Positions 63,004-64,000 of a stretch of DNA of 64,000 nt are shown here, one piece after another. The stretch is from Candidatus Latescibacterota bacterium. GTDB taxonomy: Bacteria > Latescibacterota > UBA2968 > GCA-2709665. The translations under genes were made by a program, and so were the position numbers. The DNA is taken from the NCBI GenBank assembly GCA_963662665.2, contig CAXXJS010000010.1, forward strand, positions 96,001 to 160,000, read 5' to 3'. Below the pieces are notes generated by a model. The model saw nothing but the letters and a program-made list of their open reading frames with translations. It did no database searches and was not told the origin of the DNA. Numbering within the stretch: position 1 is the first letter of the stretch; the number at the start of each line of letters is the position of its first letter.

Positions 63004-63981
63004 ATGAAAGCACCCTGGATTACGTATCGGCCGGAACTCAAGGTACTGGACTGTACAATTCGAGACGGCGGATTGATGAATGACCATCATTTCGCAGATG
63101 ATTTCGTGAAGGCCGTTTACGAAACCTGCGTTGAAGCAGGGGTCGACTATATGGAAATCGGGTACCGAAACTCCAAGAAATTGTTTCCCACGGGGAAATT
63201 CGGGGCCTTCCGACACAGCGACGAAGAAGATATCCGCAAGATAACGGGCGATCACGACCCTGAAACCACCGGCCTGAAGCTCGCGATTATGGCCGATGCC
63301 GGCAAGAGCGATTGGGCAGAAGACATCCTGCCGGCCAGCGAGAGCGTGGTTAGCATGGTACGCGTAGCCTGCTATGTCGAGCAGATCCCTGAAACCGTTG
63401 AAATGCTCTGCGACGCCCATGAGAAAGGCTATGAAACCAGTTGTAACATTATGGCCATATCGACGGTGCAGGAGGTTGAAATCGATCAGGCGCTCGACGT
63501 CCTGATACAGACGCCGGTTGGAACAATATGCGTTGTAGACAGTTTCGGCGCGCTGTACCGTGAACAGGTGGATATGCTCATTCGGAAATATATGGAAGCC
63601 GTCAGTGGAACGGGCAAGGAAGTGGGCATTCACGCGCACAACAACCAGCAACTGGCGTTCGCCAATACCCTGGAAGCGCTCATTCTGGGCGCCAACCGCG
63701 TTGATGCCACGGTGGACGGACTTGGACGGGGCGCGGGTAATTGCCCGCTTGAACTGCTGCTCGGTTTTCTGCGCAATCCCAAGTTCAAGATTCGACCCGT
63801 CTACAAGCTGCTGGAAGACCATTTTGTCAAATTGCGCGGTGAATTGACGTGGGGGGCCCTCGTTCCTTACAACATTACGGGCCAGCACAACCAGCATCCC
63901 CGCTCGGCAATGGCGCTCCTGGACGGTGACGACCGCAATCGCTATCTGGCGTTCTACGATCAGGTTATGCGGGATATCTAG
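63004..63981 (+). CDS. DRE-TIM metallolyase (4-hydroxy-2-oxovalerate aldolase-like catalytic domain)
   Basis: LDCTIRDGG, VDSFG, HAHNNQQLA, GRGAGN. Confidence 0.85.
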   Translation: MKAPWITYRPELKVLDCTIRDGGLMNDHHFADDFVKAVYETCVEAGVDYMEIGYRNSKKLFPTGKFGAFRHSDEEDIRKITGDHDPETTGLKLAIMADAGKSDWAEDILPASESVVSMVRVACYVEQIPETVEMLCDAHEKGYETSCNIMAISTVQEVEIDQALDVLIQTPVGTICVVDSFGALYREQVDMLIRKYMEAVSGTGKEVGIHAHNNQQLAFANTLEALILGANRVDATVDGLGRGAGNCPLELLLGFLRNPKFKIRPVYKLLEDHFVKLRGELTWGALVPYNITGQHNQHPRSAMALLDGDDRNRYLAFYDQVMRDI

Positions 63982-64000
63982 CAGACCGGATGGACTTTTT

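Overview
Moderately GC-rich bacterial chromosomal window from a diderm (TonB-dependent receptor, Lgt, lipoproteins). Gene content recalls FCB/Latescibacterota-like candidate phyla; this is inference only. Most of it is housekeeping: a uvrA paralog, queC/queD, hinT, yidD-lgt, chdC/hemQ, an AICAR transformylase, an ECF sigma/anti-sigma/HtrA-like operon, acs, groES-groEL with a perfect CIRCE, ribD-ribE-ribBA-ribH-nusB-secA, rlmH and trpE-G-D-C-F-tyrS. The most interesting signals are small and mostly missed by the ORF track. (1) A 34-aa Tyr/Phe/Trp-rich leader peptide with a complete terminator/antiterminator precedes a trp operon that ends in tyrS instead of trpBA. (2) A CxxC/RAPP (DUF2946-like) arrest-peptide uORF and a structured 307-nt spacer precede a His-repeat lipoprotein and a ZnuD-like TonB receptor. 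(3) A ~240-nt orphan ncRNA candidate, bounded by a promoter and a terminator, lies downstream of rlmH. (4) The HtrA-like protein has a degenerate catalytic triad. (5) A sigma-70 gene is split cleanly by an IS1380 with a TTAA duplication. (6) Several MITE-like elements are present. No rRNA, tRNA or CRISPR array was recognised. All family assignments come from motif recognition by eye, not database searches.
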